DNA of 63,339 nt, counting the filler, from Octopus bimaculoides (taxonomy: Eukaryota), in assembly GCF_001194135.2 (NCBI RefSeq). It is 7 parts of 6 records of this genome, joined end to end, with 100 filler letters (N's around TTAATTAATTAA, not from the genome) between each part and the next. Parts side by side here need not be neighbours in the genome. Positions count along the whole stretch, not along the records: positions 62,268 to 63,339 come from NW_026317762.1; 6 more parts are not named here. One strand, written 5' to 3'. Made by a program: the position numbers and the translations under genes. The notes under the pieces are model-generated. The model made no database searches. It was not told where the DNA came from and saw only the letters and a program-made list of their open reading frames with translations. Position 1 is the stretch's first letter. Every line of letters begins with the position of its first letter. Below are positions 62,390-63,339 of the stretch, in pieces.

Positions 62390-63339
62390 GTTATTATTGA
62401 GAGCTTCCTCTAATATGTGGCATTTGGTGAATAAGAGAGTTTGATGTCGCTACCCACATTTGCACCTCTTGCTACGAGGTAGGTTCATCTGGGACTCTCG
62501 ACAGGAGGAGATCCAGTTTTGACTTGAAAACACCTACATCCACTTTGTGTTGGTCCCTCAGGCTCTTTGGGAGAATATTAAAAAGCTGTTGGCCCTTGTA
62601 ACACAGGCTGTTGCAGGAACTGGTTCTAAAGCACGATGGGAATGCTGGGATCTTTGGCACTATGCAGTGTTGACACGTTTTGGCATTGATGTAGCTTTCA
62701 ATGCCAGAATTTGGCACAGTTCCTTTCAAAATCTTCCAGATGTATATTACTGCATACCTCTCGCGCCTTCACTAACTGTTTCAGCCTTTCTCAGTAGCTG
62801 AGCTGTTGCAGTGACACGATATTCTTTGTGAAGCTTCGCTGGGTTGCTTCAAGGTCTGCTGTTAATTTTACACTGTTGGGTGACCTCAGCTGGGAGCAGT
62901 AGTCCAGGCGTCTGAGGACCATCCTAGTTTCCTTCTCTTTGGTCCTGAACGTTCTCAGGATCCTTCCAGCCATTTGTCTGCACTTTGTGGACATCCTAGC
63001 AATGTACACTTGGAAAGAGGAGTCATCGATCATGTCGATATCCAGGTCCCTCACTGATTTAGGCTCTGGGATTGTAATCCCCTCTGGACCAGTACCCTGT
63101 AAGTTTTATATTCAGTTTTGGACGCTGGTAGCGCAGGGCTTGGCATTTTTCAGCATTAAACTGCATATTATTGTCCTCAGCCCATCTGCAAATTGAGTCC
63201 AACTCCTGCTGCAGGTGTGCAACATCGCTGGGGTTCTGTATTTTCTTCCAGACTTTCGTATCCTTTGCGTATCTAGTAAGGGTGGCTATCCACTATGAAA
63301 AGCAGTGGTCCCAAGACAGTGCCCTGTGGAACACCGCTC
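62390..63339 (-). mobile_element. CR1-clade LINE 3' fragment (RT C-terminus and 3' region), runs off the window end
   Basis: SGVPQGTVLGPLLFIV, YAKDTKV (YADD decayed), RLDYCSQL, QRSFTKNI, NSLCYKGQQLFNILPKSLR...FKSKLDLLLSRVPDEP. Confidence 0.9.

Overview
AT-rich, microsatellite-dense eukaryotic DNA; the SINE/LINE families and simple-repeat load look like an octopus (coleoid cephalopod) genome (inference, not a database result). Six artificial 100-nt spacers (44N-TTAATTAATTAA-44N) split the window into seven assembly blocks whose adjacency is not guaranteed. The only host gene I can reconstruct is the 3' part of a pancreatic-lipase-family gene on the minus strand: four exons (16082-16303, 14617-14725, 11406-11588, 8666-8750) with canonical AG/GT sites and matching phases, encoding about 199 aa from the catalytic His (CSHSRA) through a divergent PLAT/LH2 domain. 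I did not find its 5' exons (GxSxG etc.). The rest is transposon-derived or simple repeat: several IS630/Tc1/mariner relics (one DD37D, one with ~210-bp fold-back TIRs), a young Merlin-like MITE carrying head-to-head telomeric repeats, R4/Dong-type, CR1-type and Penelope-type retroelement fragments, and three tRNA-derived SINE families. I found no CRISPR, rRNA or true tRNA genes, and no clearly new multi-gene system. The most interesting signals are an (AAT)n/(ATT)n-centred retroelement nesting pattern, the telomere-palindrome MITE, a CpG-decayed block with no confidently identified host gene, and an aromatic loop in the lipase PLAT domain.
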